From a bacterium (GTDB taxonomy: Bacteria; DUMJ01), in contig DUMJ01000014.1 of NCBI GenBank assembly GCA_012839925.1, positions 12,736-76,735 on the forward strand: 64,000 nt of DNA, written 5' to 3'. Positions 48,755 through 64,000 of the stretch are shown here, one piece after another; position 1 is the stretch's first letter, and each line of letters begins with the position of its first letter. The position numbers and the translations under genes are program-made. The notes under the pieces were generated by a model. The model worked only from the letters and a program-made list of their open reading frames with translations, was not told where the DNA came from and searched no databases.

Positions 48755-50213
48755 AAGATTTATTGTGCTTGAAGGTTCTGATGTTGATAAGATAAGGGCT
48801 TATGATAAGTTACTGACAAAGTTTGTAATATTAAGGAGATTAAAAACAACATTAGGGTTAGGAAAACTTATCCCTCTCCTGGAGAAAATAACCAATCTGA
48901 AGGACAATTTTTTGAAAGTCCTGGGTTATCAGATTCTGGAAAATGGAACTGTATATTCCATAGAGGAAATTCCTCCCCAGGGAGAGGTTGAGCCTGCTAG
49001 TAATATAAAAGAATTGTTAAATATTACCAGGTATGTGGGTAGATCTCTGGAGAGTATAAATGAACTTGGTATAAGGGTAAAACTACCACCGAAAGAAGAG
49101 CTATATAAGGATGAAGGAGGAAACTACTTCGTATCCCCACTCAGCTTAATAGACCTGAACAATCCTGATAAACCGCAGGAAAAAGGAGAGGTTCTTAACC
49201 TGCTGGCATCTTTCTTTCTGTTATACGCTCCCCAGAATTTAAAGACCACTGTATCTTCTCTTATAGAGAGAAATATTATATGCAAGTTGGATAACGCCGA
49301 TGCCTTTGTTAATATGCTGAATACACTACTGATTCAGGAGGAACGGATGAAGATAAAGACAGAGGATAAAAAGAATGTGTCTGAGGCTAAAAAGGAAAAG
49401 AGAAGGGTAAACCCCTGGGTTATAATTGTAATAGTACTTCTCCTGGTAGCAGGGATAAGTGTGGGAGTACTATACTCGGTGGGTAAGAAATTATTCTTCT
49501 CTGAAGAGACGGCCCCAGATGTAATAGTTCCAGATATAGTTAATAAGAGTTTACCAGAAGCTTTTAATGTTTTAAAGGCTAACAATCTTAATATCGAAAT
49601 TTCAGGGTTAGATTATAGCAGTGTTATACCTGCTGGTAATGTAATATCACAGGACCCGATAAGTGGGACAAAAGTAAAGTCTGGAAGAAGTATAAATGTT
49701 ATTATAAGCAAGGGGATAGAATTTGTTAATGTCCCCAATATTATCGGGCAAGAACTGGGAAATGCTAGAAAGATGCTGGAATCGGTAGGGCTAAAGATTG
49801 GAGATATTAAAGAAACTTATAGTAGAACTTCCCCTGATGGGATAGTAATTTCTCAGAATCCAAAATATGGTAGCATTACCCCCAAAAATTCCCTGGTGAC
49901 TGTAGAGATAGCCAGACATCTACCAAACACTATGCCTAACCTGATTGGTAAAACGCAGGAAGAGGCTGAAGGATTGATAGATTCTCTTGGGTCTTATAAA
50001 TTAATAATTAAAGAAGCAGAAAGTGATACCCCTGGGGTTGTCATCTCTCAGAATCCTCTTCCAAATACATCCATAATACAGGAGGTCCCCAGGATAGAGA
50101 TCACCATTGGTATCCCTAAAAGAGTAGTACCTCAAGTTGTCCCCTCATCACCTGCCGAGACGGGGACTCAGGAGGAGACTCTACCAGCTCAAGATACCTT
50201 ACCCCAGGAGTGA
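48738..50213 (+). CDS. PASTA-domain membrane protein with degenerate (pseudo)kinase N-terminal domain (PrkC/PknB-like architecture)
   Basis: 491 aa. The N-terminal ~200 aa are collinear with Hanks kinases, but the Gly-loop reads EGSDVD, the HRD position reads VKL and the DFG position reads SPL. One TM helix. Three PASTA repeats. Pro/Thr/Gln-rich tail. Sits in the PrkC position after rsmB-rlmN. Confidence 0.55.
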   Translation: MRDLSERFIVLEGSDVDKIRAYDKLLTKFVILRRLKTTLGLGKLIPLLEKITNLKDNFLKVLGYQILENGTVYSIEEIPPQGEVEPASNIKELLNITRYVGRSLESINELGIRVKLPPKEELYKDEGGNYFVSPLSLIDLNNPDKPQEKGEVLNLLASFFLLYAPQNLKTTVSSLIERNIICKLDNADAFVNMLNTLLIQEERMKIKTEDKKNVSEAKKEKRRVNPWVIIVIVLLLVAGISVGVLYSVGKKLFFSEETAPDVIVPDIVNKSLPEAFNVLKANNLNIEISGLDYSSVIPAGNVISQDPISGTKVKSGRSINVIISKGIEFVNVPNIIGQELGNARKMLESVGLKIGDIKETYSRTSPDGIVISQNPKYGSITPKNSLVTVEIARHLPNTMPNLIGKTQEEAEGLIDSLGSYKLIIKEAESDTPGVVISQNPLPNTSIIQEVPRIEITIGIPKRVVPQVVPSSPAETGTQEETLPAQDTLPQE

Positions 50214-50220
50214 GGTATCT

Positions 50221-51044
50221 ATGAGAAAGATAAACACATTAGATATCGCTGGAATTATAGAAGATCTATGTAAGAGAGTTAATTATAAACTGGATGAAAC
50301 GGTAATCTCTACGATAGAGGAAGCATCCAGGAGAGAGAGTTCTCCCATAGGGAAAAAGGTTTTTTCTCAAATGTTAACCAGTTATCAGCTGGCAGAGGAA
50401 GAAAAAACGCCTCTCTGTCAGGATACCGGTATGGTATCGGTCTTTTTAGAAATAGGGCAGGAGGTATTTTTAAAGGGAATCCCTTTAGAAGAGGCTATAA
50501 ATACAGGTGTTAGAAGAGCCTATACAGGTTCCTTTTTTAGAAACTCTATAGTAGATGACCCTATCGGAACTAGAAGGAATACACTAGATAATACACCCTG
50601 CATCATCAATACCAGGCTGATCTCCGGAGATAAAATCAATGTGAAATTATTAATAAAAGGATTTGGAAGTGAAAATGCAACTGCATTAAAGATGTTTTCT
50701 CCCACTTCGAGTAAGAACGACATAAAAGAATTTATACTGGATACTGTGAGAGAAAGGGGTCCAAATGCCTGTCCACCACTCTTTATCGGGGTAGGAATAG
50801 GAGGAACGGCAGATTATGCCGTAAAGCTTTCGAAAGAGGCCCTTCTGAATCTTGAACCTATGGATGAATGGGAACTTTCTATCCTTGATAAGATTAACAG
50901 CTTGAGGATAGGTCCAGCTGGGCTTGGAGGAGATGTTACCGCCCTGTATGTAAATCTAAAAACATTTCCCACCCACATAGCAGGGCTTCCTGTGGCTATA
51001 AATATTAACTGTCATATACTCAGGACAGGAAGTGCTACCATCTG

Positions 51045-51045
<1 letters not shown>
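50221..51045 (+). CDS. Fe-S hydro-lyase, tartrate/fumarate subfamily, alpha subunit (class I fumarase / L(+)-tartrate dehydratase alpha)
   Basis: CQDTG motif and further Cys ligands. Start taken at ATG 50221 (MRKINTL), which has the SD aggagtgagg. The ORF-track start at 50137 lies inside the upstream gene. Confidence 0.7.
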
Positions 51046-53283
<2,238 letters not shown>

Positions 53284-53300
<17 letters not shown>

Positions 53301-53499
53301 AGGACCATTCAGGGTATGGCAGTATTTGGGTATAGCACTTTCTCTCGGATTCACTATAGTAGCCTCTATTTTTATCGGATTATATATAGGAGGATTCCTT
53401 GATAGAAAATTACTCAGTGGATATTCCTTCAGAGTACTCTTTATGTTTCTCGGAGCGATTACCGGACTGAGGAGTGTTTACAGGCAATTTAAGAAGTGA
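53284..53499 (+). CDS. AtpZ/AtpI-family small membrane protein preceding the atp operon
   Basis: 71 aa, two TM helices. Immediately upstream of atpI and atpB. Confidence 0.5.
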
Positions 53500-53852
53500 A
53501 TAAAATATTCTCTTATATCTTGAGAATCTATATCTATTTATCTTTGATCTTGGGCTTTTTCTTATCCCTGTACAATACAAGATATCTCCCAGGGTATCTA
53601 ATTGGGTTAACGATTGGACTGGTTGATTTCTCCCTTCTCTATATCTCATTTAAAAAAAGAAAATCTTTATCCTATACAGGGGTTATCTGGAATATGCTAT
53701 TGAGGATTCTTATTGTTATTCTGATATTATTACTTCTATCTATTTATGGTATAATTAATAGGTTAAATATAGTTGGATTGATATTTGGTATAATAGTGTA
53801 TCCAATAGTGCTATTTATAGGAGGAATTAGGATTTTAAGATGGAAGAAGTAA
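53496..53852 (+). CDS. atpI: ATP synthase protein I
   Basis: 118 aa, 4 predicted TM segments. Operon position before the a subunit. Confidence 0.5.
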   Translation: MNKIFSYILRIYIYLSLILGFFLSLYNTRYLPGYLIGLTIGLVDFSLLYISFKKRKSLSYTGVIWNMLLRILIVILILLLLSIYGIINRLNIVGLIFGIIVYPIVLFIGGIRILRWKK

Positions 53853-54496
53853 CACCCAGAGTAGTATTTAGTATCCTTGGAATACCGGTGACAGATGTTG
53901 TTACCACTACATGGATAGTTATGGCGATTATAGTTTTTGTAGGCTGGATCCTGACAAGAAGCCTGTCCACAAAAACAAGCAAGATGCAGGTGTTACTCGA
54001 AAGTCTTATAGAATTTTATGAGAATATAGCGGTGCAGGTGATGGGAGAGGAAGGAAAGAAGTTTGTCCCACTGGCAATTTCGATAGGATTATTTATCCTT
54101 TTTTCTAACTGGATAGAGGTAATACCAGGATTCCATGCTCCTACCAGAGACCTCAGTACGACGATAGCCCTCGCAATAGTTGCTGTTTCGTCTACTTATA
54201 TAGCAGGTATAAGGAAGAAAGGTCTCCATTTCTTCAAAAAATATATAGAACCAAATCCTATCTTCTTACCTATAAATATATTAGAGGAACTGGTAAGACC
54301 TGTATCTCTGGCTTTCCGTCTTTTTGGAAATGTCCTCGGTGAAGAGATAGTAATAGCTATACTTGTAATGATAGTCCCGTTAATCTTACCGATCCCAATG
54401 ATATTACTTGGACTTTTCACCGGGCTTATTCAGGCATTTATATTTTCTCTCCTCACACTATTATATGTGGCCGGTGCAGTGGGAGAAGAAACTTAA
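53840..54496 (+). CDS. atpB: F0F1 ATP synthase subunit a
   Basis: 218 aa. Conserved Arg-containing helix (LAFRLFGNVLGEE). Polytopic. Confidence 0.85.
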   Translation: MEEVTPRVVFSILGIPVTDVVTTTWIVMAIIVFVGWILTRSLSTKTSKMQVLLESLIEFYENIAVQVMGEEGKKFVPLAISIGLFILFSNWIEVIPGFHAPTRDLSTTIALAIVAVSSTYIAGIRKKGLHFFKKYIEPNPIFLPINILEELVRPVSLAFRLFGNVLGEEIVIAILVMIVPLILPIPMILLGLFTGLIQAFIFSLLTLLYVAGAVGEET

Positions 54497-54516
54497 CTAG
54501 GAGGTGATAATATTAT

Positions 54517-54783
54517 ATGTTAACTGGTAAGGCTCTGGTTATAATAGCATCTATTATATCTGCTGGATTCGGGATGGGGATAGCTGTATTGGGTGGAGCT
54601 TTAGGAGAGGGAAATGCAGTATCCAAGGCTATGGAATCTCTGGGAAGACAGCCTGAAGCTCAAAGTTCTATTATGACAATACTTTTATTGGGGCTGGCAT
54701 TCATAGAATCCTTGGTGATATTTATGCTGGTGGTCGCCTTAGTACTTCTCTTTGTAAATCCTTTCGTGGGGATGGTTCAATAA
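54517..54783 (+). CDS. atpE: F0F1 ATP synthase subunit c
   Basis: 88 aa hairpin. Conserved carboxylate in helix 2 ([10 protein letters not shown]). Confidence 0.85.
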   Translation: MLTGKALVIIASIISAGFGMGIAVLGGALGEGNAVSKAMESLGRQPEAQSSIMTILLLGLAFIESLVIFMLVVALVLLFVNPFVGMVQ

Positions 54784-55278
54784 ATGATAAGTTTCTCATT
54801 TCCAACCTTTATATTTGAGACTATAAACTTTATAATTACTCTTTACCTCATATATAGATTTATTTATAGACCACTATCTTCATATATAACTAAGAGACAG
54901 GAGAGTATACAGAATGAGCTTGAAACAGCTAGACTTGAAAAGGAAAAGGCTTCTCAATTAAGAGCAGAACTTGAAGAAAAGTTACAGGAGGCTCAGAAGG
55001 AGGCAGAAGCCATAATAAATAAAGCCAAGGAACAGGCTGAAGTAGAAAGGGCTCAGATTTTAGATAGAGCTCAGAGAGAGATTCAGGCACTGATGACCAA
55101 GACTCAAAATGAACTTCTCCTTGAGAGAAGCCATGCGATAGAGAAATTTAAAGATGAGGTTACATCCATAGTGGTTGATGTCACTTCTAAACTTATAATG
55201 AGTGAATTGAATAATAAAGATGAGGTCAGAGAAAAAATATTTGACAACTATCTTAAGGAGATAGAAACCTATAGATGA
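54784..55278 (+). CDS. atpF: F0F1 ATP synthase subunit b
   Basis: 164 aa. One N-terminal TM helix, then a long charged coiled-coil. Confidence 0.75.
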   Translation: MISFSFPTFIFETINFIITLYLIYRFIYRPLSSYITKRQESIQNELETARLEKEKASQLRAELEEKLQEAQKEAEAIINKAKEQAEVERAQILDRAQREIQALMTKTQNELLLERSHAIEKFKDEVTSIVVDVTSKLIMSELNNKDEVREKIFDNYLKEIETYR

Positions 55279-57322
55279 GTACGGTATTAACCCCAGCCGA
55301 TATAGAGCCTCTGGGTAGAGAACTGCTGAAAATAGCGATAAGAGATGATGCTATAGATTTATACAGGGATTCATTCAGAAGACTTATAGATGAAGTTGCC
55401 TATAATTTAGAATTAAGAGCTGTTTGGACAAATGAAGATGCCGGATTGAAAAAGAAGCTTATCCTAGAGCATCTCTCAGATAGATTTCCAGAGAGGCTGG
55501 TTGAGTTTGTCTATAAGATTATAGACCTCAAGGCTGAGAATTTTCTTCAACAGATATATCTCCATTTTATAGAACTGGTAAATACCAATCAGTACTCCAA
55601 AGTAGATATTCATCTGCCATTTCCTATCCCTGAAGAGAGGCTTGAAGAGATTGATAAGATCCTTTCAGAGATCCTTAGTAAGGAAGTTATATGTTCGGTA
55701 AAGATAGACAGCGGTATAATAAATGGATTAAAGATAGATTTGGAGGAGGAGGTAATAGACCTCTCTCTAAAGACACAGTTAGACATTCTAAAAGAAAGAT
55801 TGGAACTTATCCAGGCCAGAGATTCTTTCTATGATGTGATAAAAGAGGTAAAAGATCTTACCGGACAATTTTCGGTAAAACCCTTAAGACTTTCCTTGGG
55901 AAGAGTTGAAGGTATCAGAGATTGTGTGGTAACTGCCTCCGGATTAAAAAATAGCAGATATGGAGAACTGGTCTTATTACCGAACAATATCTATGGGATG
56001 ACAATGAATCTGGAGGAAGATTCAGTAGGAATAATTCTCTTGGGACCTTCTGATAGAATCAGGGTAGGAGACGCAGTAAGGTCTACAGGAAGAGTATTGG
56101 AGATTCCAGTAGGTGAAGAGCTTCTGGGAAGAGTTGTAGACCCGTTAGGAAGACCTTTAGATGGTGGATCTCCAATCGAGACAGCCAGATTCAGAAAACT
56201 TGAATCCCTGGCACCTACTGTGGTAGAACGAGAGCCTGTAAATACTCCTTTGCAGACAGGGTTAAAGGTGATAGATGCCTTATTTCCTATAGGTAGAGGA
56301 CAGAGAGAACTGATAATAGGAGATAGACAGACAGGAAAGACAGCCATAGCGATAGATGCAATCATCAATCAGAAGAATGAGAATGTTATATGTATATATG
56401 TGGCTATAGGACAGAAAGCTACCACTGTCGCTGAGATAGTAAAGATTCTGGAAGATAGGGGGGCTATGGACTATACCATCGTGGTGTCTGCTTTTGCTGA
56501 CGATCCTGCCTCTTTACTCTATATAGCACCGTATGCTGGGTGTGCTATAGGGGAAGAATTTATGTATCAGGGGAAGGATGTCTTGATAGTTTATGATGAC
56601 TTATCAAAACATGCCAAGGCTTATAGAGAAATATCCCTTCTTTTGAAAAGACCGCCTGGAAGAGAGGCTTATCCTGGAGACATATTCTATCTGCACTCGA
56701 GACTTTTAGAACGTTCTGCAAAATTGAATGATTATCTGGGAGGAGGCTCTCTCACTGCCTTACCAATAGTAGAAACACAACAGGGAGATATATCAGCCTA
56801 TATACCTACAAACCTCATCTCTATAACTGACGGACAGATATATCTTGATTCATCGCTCTTTTATGAAGGAGTAAGACCAGCAGTTGATATAGGCCTATCT
56901 GTCTCAAGGGTTGGGGGTAGTGCACAGATAAAGGCTATGAGACAGGTCTCCGGAAGACTGAGGTTAGACCTCGCTCAGTATCGTGAAGTAGAGACATTTG
57001 CACAGATATCTACTGAGATAGACTCATCTACCAGGGCTCAACTGGAGAGAGGAAGTCGTATAAGAGAAATATTAAAACAGCCACAGTACAGTCCAATGGA
57101 TGTAATAGATCAGGTTATTATCCTGTTTACAGTTACCAGGGGATACATAGATGAGATAGCTTTAGAAGAGATATTGCACTTCCAGAATAATCTATTGGAA
57201 TATATAAATAAAAACTATAAAGAGCTAAAAGAGAAAATAAGAACCGAAGGATTAACAGAAGAGAATATTAAAGAGCTGACCAGGGCTATATTTGAATTTA
57301 AGAGAACCTTCAGTAGCGAATA

Positions 57323-57323
<1 letters not shown>
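55275..57323 (+). CDS. atpHA: F0F1 ATP synthase delta (OSCP) - alpha subunit fusion ORF
   Basis: Residues 1-~178 are collinear with delta/OSCP (ends ...[19 protein letters not shown]). Residues ~179-682 are a complete alpha subunit (GDRQTGKT Walker A). There is no stop codon between the two parts. In-frame TTG at 55800 and GTG nearby are possible internal starts. Confidence 0.8.
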
Positions 57324-59977
<2,654 letters not shown>

Positions 59978-59981
59978 AAAG

Positions 59982-61229
59982 ATGAGATTGAGGATAGAAG
60001 GTGGAATAAAGTTAAAAGGAGAAGTGGACATAATAGGAGCTAAAAATTCTGCCTTACCAATAATGGCAGCAACCCTACTTACCAGTGGAGAAAATATTAT
60101 TTACAATGTCCCGGATCTGAAAGATGTCCATACAATGATGAACATGCTGGAGAACTTTGGTGCTAAACTGAGGTTCGAAGATAATACCCTGTATATAACT
60201 ATAGATGAGATACAGGAAGTGAACCCTCCAGAAGATCAGGTAAAACAGATGAGAGCTTCCTTTCTTGTAGCAGGACCCTTGCTTGCTAGATTAGGAAAGA
60301 TAAAAATTCCTCTTCCAGGAGGATGTCAGATAGGGTCCAGACCGGTAGACCTGCATCTAAAGGGATTTCAGGCTCTTGGTGCCAGAGTCTCCAGTGAGCA
60401 TGGTTATGTAGAGCTTGAGGGGAAGAACTTAAAGGGAACTTCCATATACCTCGATATTCCAACCGTTACTGGAACTGAAAATATTATTATGGCGGCTGTA
60501 TTAGCCAAGGGAAAAACAGAGATAATTAATCCGGCTAAAGAACCCGAAGTGGTGGATCTGGCAGATGTATTAAATAAGATGGGAGCGAAGATAAAGGGTG
60601 CTGGGAGTGACAGGATAGAAATAGAAGGAGTAGACTCCCTCTTACCCTTTAATCACACTGTAATCCCTGATAGGATAGAAGCTGGAACTTTTCTGGTTGC
60701 GGGAGCTATCACCGGAGGAGAAGTTACCATCAGAAATGTCAGAAAAGACCACCTTGGAGCTGTGATAGGCAAACTGGAAGAAATGGGGCACAGGATAGAA
60801 ACTGATGAAGATAAGATAAGAATTATAGCTAAAAATACAGGTAAGGCATGTGATATTACAACTGCTCCCTACCCAGGATTCCCTACCGATATGCAGGCAC
60901 TTTTTGCCAGCCTTTTAGGAGTAGCTAAAGGAACAAGTATAATAACTGAAACTATATTTGACAGGAGATTCGGCTTTGTTGATGAACTAATAAGAATGGG
61001 TGCTAATATGAAGGTACAGGGAAACACTCTGATTATAGTTGGAGTAAAGAGATACTCTGGTGCAAGTGTTACTGCTGGAGACTTACGAGCTGGTGCTGCG
61101 CTCGTTATGGCAGGCTTAAATGCAGAGGGGATAACTGAGATAGCTGGCGTGGAACATATCGAAAGAGGATATGAATCTATAGACAGGAAGATCAGATCTC
61201 TGGGAGCAGAAATTTCTCTCGAACCTTAG
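59982..61229 (+). CDS. murA: UDP-N-acetylglucosamine 1-carboxyvinyltransferase
   Basis: 415 aa. Active-site Cys loop (LPGGCQIGSRPVDLH). Conserved N-terminus (KLKGEVDIIGAKNSALP). Confidence 0.9.
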   Translation: MRLRIEGGIKLKGEVDIIGAKNSALPIMAATLLTSGENIIYNVPDLKDVHTMMNMLENFGAKLRFEDNTLYITIDEIQEVNPPEDQVKQMRASFLVAGPLLARLGKIKIPLPGGCQIGSRPVDLHLKGFQALGARVSSEHGYVELEGKNLKGTSIYLDIPTVTGTENIIMAAVLAKGKTEIINPAKEPEVVDLADVLNKMGAKIKGAGSDRIEIEGVDSLLPFNHTVIPDRIEAGTFLVAGAITGGEVTIRNVRKDHLGAVIGKLEEMGHRIETDEDKIRIIAKNTGKACDITTAPYPGFPTDMQALFASLLGVAKGTSIITETIFDRRFGFVDELIRMGANMKVQGNTLIIVGVKRYSGASVTAGDLRAGAALVMAGLNAEGITEIAGVEHIERGYESIDRKIRSLGAEISLEP

Positions 61230-61283
61230 ATATGATAAGTTCATATATCTTTTATACTAAAATTATAAAAGGAGGGTCAAACA

Positions 61284-63191
61284 TTGCTTAGAAGAAGCAT
61301 ATATGTAGCCTTGTTGATTGTAATGTTTGTTACTATGTCTGGTACATTTGCTATTTCAAGTGATAAAATCAAGATATCCGGCATTGAAGTACAGGGAAAC
61401 AGCAGGATTTCTAAAGATGAAATTATAAAGTTACTGGAACTCCCGGATGAAGTTGATGAAGAAATTCTTAAGGCTGGCCTGCAAAAACTTATAGATACTG
61501 GATATTTTTATAATGTTGATACCAGCATAAAAGTGGTGGATAATAAATATATACTGGTATTGAATGTGGTGGAGCTTCCTGCATTTAAAGGGGTCGAGGT
61601 AACAGGAAACAGGGAGATAAGCACAGATGAGATAAAAAATCTTATCTCCTTAAAGCCTGGAGATGCTATAAATCTTACCATTTTAAGATCTGATTTGGAA
61701 AAGATTGCAAATCTTTACAAAGAAAGAGGATATGTGGGGGCTAATTTCCAGTTCAGTATGACAGCGGATGGATTAGTAACTGTAAATATCAATGAGGGTC
61801 CTGTGGTATCTGACTTTGAATTTAAAGGAAACGAAGTCCTTAAATCTGAGGAGCTCGGAAAGGAATTAGATAAATATAAAGGCAGAACACTCTCTATAAA
61901 TCTTCTTAAGGAAATGGTAACCTGTATACAGGAGTTATACAATAAGAATGGGTATCCTGCCTGTGTAATTTTAAACGCATACAGTAATGATTCGGGAGTT
62001 GTGACCTTCGAGATAGGAGAGGGAAAGATCAGTAAGATAGAAATTAAAGGTAACAATAAGACTAAAGATTACGTAATCTTAAGAGAAATGGAGACCAAAG
62101 TTGGGAGTGTCTTAAATGCTGATAAGTTACAGAAAGACCTTCAGAAGATATTTAACCTTGGGTATTTCTCAGATATTAAAGCCGATATTCATGCAAGCGA
62201 AACCCCCGGAGAGATTATCCTGACTATTGAGGTAGTGGAACAGCTTACCGGACAGGCTAATGGTGGACTTGCCTATAGTACGAGAGATGGGCTTTCTCTG
62301 CTGCTTGGAATAAGTGATTCCAATCTACTTGGAACAGGTAGAAAGTTGGGGCTGTCACTCAATATAGGGCTTACCGCTCGTGACATCTCTCTTAACTATA
62401 CAGAACCATACATATTCGGAGACCTTTCAACCCTGGACTGTCTTCTTATCTCGAGACAGGCAGAAAATTCGGATATAATCGGTACCTCTACGGTTAAATA
62501 TAATGAGGATAGAAAGACCTTGGATTTGACATTGAGCAGACCGATTGATAGTAATCTCCGAGGTACCGTTGGTGTATCCTGTAATGATATCATATATTCT
62601 CCAGATGAAGATGGAACTACTCTCCCAGATATACTCCAATCTGGTTTATCAAATGCTATTCTTCTTGGAGTTGCCAGAGACACCAGGGATGTAGTCTTCA
62701 ATCCGACTAAAGGTGATTATTACGGCACAAGTATAAAATTTGGAGGAGGAATTTTAGGTGGAGATTTTAGTTTTACCAAACTTACCCTGGACATGCGATG
62801 GTATAAGCCAGTAACGGATAAAGAAACAGTAGCGATAAATTATACCTGGAATTTTGGATCTGGCAATCTTCCATATATAGAAAAGTCAAGCGTCGGTGGA
62901 GTAAACTCAGTCAGGGGACTTCCGGAGAATTGGAAGAAATCTGACAATACAGAGATATTAAGTTTCGAATATAGGATTAAGATACAGGAGAATGTTAGTG
63001 GGGTAGTATTCCTGGATTTTGGAAATGGATGGGATAGTGATGAAACTATAAATCCCACTGACTTGTATACAGGGATAGGACTGGGATTGAGGATTCCATT
63101 ACCCCCTATGGGAATCTTGAGACTGGACTACGGATGGGGCAGTTATGACTGGCAGGGAAGATTCTATTTCAGTATAGGACATAAATTTTAA
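61284..63191 (+). CDS. bamA: outer membrane protein assembly factor BamA (compact Omp85, POTRA repeats + 16-strand barrel)
   Basis: TTG start with the SD aaaggagg. Signal peptide. Repeated POTRA-like modules (I.I.GN..IS..EI). C-terminal beta-barrel ending in an aromatic residue (HKF). 635 aa. Confidence 0.75.
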   Translation: MLRRSIYVALLIVMFVTMSGTFAISSDKIKISGIEVQGNSRISKDEIIKLLELPDEVDEEILKAGLQKLIDTGYFYNVDTSIKVVDNKYILVLNVVELPAFKGVEVTGNREISTDEIKNLISLKPGDAINLTILRSDLEKIANLYKERGYVGANFQFSMTADGLVTVNINEGPVVSDFEFKGNEVLKSEELGKELDKYKGRTLSINLLKEMVTCIQELYNKNGYPACVILNAYSNDSGVVTFEIGEGKISKIEIKGNNKTKDYVILREMETKVGSVLNADKLQKDLQKIFNLGYFSDIKADIHASETPGEIILTIEVVEQLTGQANGGLAYSTRDGLSLLLGISDSNLLGTGRKLGLSLNIGLTARDISLNYTEPYIFGDLSTLDCLLISRQAENSDIIGTSTVKYNEDRKTLDLTLSRPIDSNLRGTVGVSCNDIIYSPDEDGTTLPDILQSGLSNAILLGVARDTRDVVFNPTKGDYYGTSIKFGGGILGGDFSFTKLTLDMRWYKPVTDKETVAINYTWNFGSGNLPYIEKSSVGGVNSVRGLPENWKKSDNTEILSFEYRIKIQENVSGVVFLDFGNGWDSDETINPTDLYTGIGLGLRIPLPPMGILRLDYGWGSYDWQGRFYFSIGHKF

Positions 63192-63208
63192 CTATAGGAG
63201 GAAGAAAG

Positions 63209-63676
63209 ATGAAGAACAAGATACTTATCATCTCAGTGTTAGTTGTTGGAATAGCAGGAATCGTGTTATGGGGATTAGGTATCCCTAGGTATGGATTTGC
63301 CCTGGATACGTTTAAGGTCGGGTATATAGATTACAATAAGGTGATAGAAAGTCATCCCAGGATGGAAAAGGCAAAGAAAGACCTGAGTGATTTTGCACAG
63401 AAAACTCAGACCGATTATCAGAAGCAGCTGGATGAGGCAGTAAAAAATAAGACTGCTAACGAGGCTCAACAGATTAAGGCTGAGTATGAGTCTAGATTAA
63501 ATGAAACCGTAAATAAGAGATGGCAGGAGTTATTAAATCCAATAATCAACGATGTTAAAAAGGCAGTAAGTGATGTGGCAAAGAAGAATGGGATAGATGT
63601 CGTCTTAAGGGGAGACATAGTTATAACAGGTGGGATTGATATTACCGATGATGTAATAAAAGTAATAAAGAAATGA
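63209..63676 (+). CDS. skp: OmpH/Skp-family periplasmic chaperone
   Basis: 155 aa. Signal/anchor sequence, then a long charged coiled-coil. Lies between bamA and lpxD. Confidence 0.65.
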   Translation: MKNKILIISVLVVGIAGIVLWGLGIPRYGFALDTFKVGYIDYNKVIESHPRMEKAKKDLSDFAQKTQTDYQKQLDEAVKNKTANEAQQIKAEYESRLNETVNKRWQELLNPIINDVKKAVSDVAKKNGIDVVLRGDIVITGGIDITDDVIKVIKK

Positions 63677-64000
63677 AATATACTCTGGAAGAGATAGCTA
63701 AAAGGATAAATGGTAAGTTGTCTGGTCCACCAGATCTGGTTATAGAGGGTATAAATACCCCTGAGCTAGCTGGTGAAGATGAGATATGTGTAGTCTTTGA
63801 CGAAAATCTCATCAGTGCGGCAGAGAATGGTTCAGCTGGAGCTGTTGTAATTAAAGATGAACTATCTGTGGCTAAACCTTATATAACTGTAGAGGACCCG
63901 AGATCCGTACTACCAACTTTACTTAAGCTATTTCTGGAGAAAAGAGAGCTTGCTGGTATACACAGTACTGTAATAACAGGTGCTAATTGTAATATTTCTA
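63675..64000 (+). CDS. lpxD: UDP-3-O-acylglucosamine N-acyltransferase (3'-partial, continues beyond window)
   Basis: The ATG at 63675 overlaps the skp stop. Translation MKYTLEEIAKRINGKLSGPPDLVIEGINTPELAGEDEICVVFDENL... is the LpxD N-terminal domain. Confidence 0.7.

Noticed and set aside
50137-50220. Alternative upstream start for the fumarase alpha subunit (ORF-track start at 50137)
   Set aside because: The extension (MSPHHLPRRGLRRRLYQL...) lies wholly inside the PASTA protein's Pro/Thr/Gln tail in another frame. The ATG at 50221 has a good SD and yields the conserved MRKINTLDIAG N-terminus.

Overview
The window is a gene-dense chromosomal segment of a low-GC, probably diderm bacterium, with about 70 protein-coding genes and almost no non-coding space. 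The diderm call rests on bamA, skp, lpxD, an O-antigen-ligase-like gene and an LCP protein. The encoded proteins are rich in I, K, E and R, which suggests a thermophile. Gene order is Firmicutes-like: trpS-rluB-cmk-plsC, rapZ-whiA followed by gap-pgk-tpiA-secG, def-fmt-rsmB-rlmN followed by a PASTA protein, and atpZ/I-B-E-F-(HA)-G-D-C-murA.

Most genes are housekeeping: LPS/glycan glycosyltransferases, miaA, dapF-dapL, a Zn-alcohol dehydrogenase, lepA, hemW, an MFS transporter, glycolysis genes, a liv ABC transporter, metK, priA, a class I fumarase, upp, wecB and a complete F1Fo operon. Genes 2086-28653 and 38171-64000 are on the + strand; a 9-kb block at 28722-37821 is on the - strand. That block holds a 2-hydroxyacyl-CoA-dehydratase activase trio, an LCP protein, an EF-G paralog, a 7TM HD-GYP, hpf, an unknown RAMP-like protein and a tiny membrane protein.

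I found no rRNA, tRNA or CRISPR array. There are two copies of a MITE-like intergenic element with imperfect terminal inverted repeats (about 12644-13044 and 37915-38103). Copy A carries an internal 33-bp tandem repeat and a pyrimidine/purine mirror tract.

The items most worth a second look:
- A solitary, divergent Cas7/RAMP-like protein with a Zn ribbon, apparently in an operon with hpf and an HD-GYP phosphodiesterase.
- A bacterial Clp1-family polynucleotide-kinase-like gene right after whiA.
- A PrkC-positioned PASTA protein whose kinase domain has lost all catalytic motifs.
- A PriA with degenerate Walker A, DExH and arginine-finger motifs.
- An in-frame ATP synthase delta-alpha fusion ORF.
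- Two genes (rluB-like, fmt) whose conserved N-termini lie upstream of any canonical start codon.
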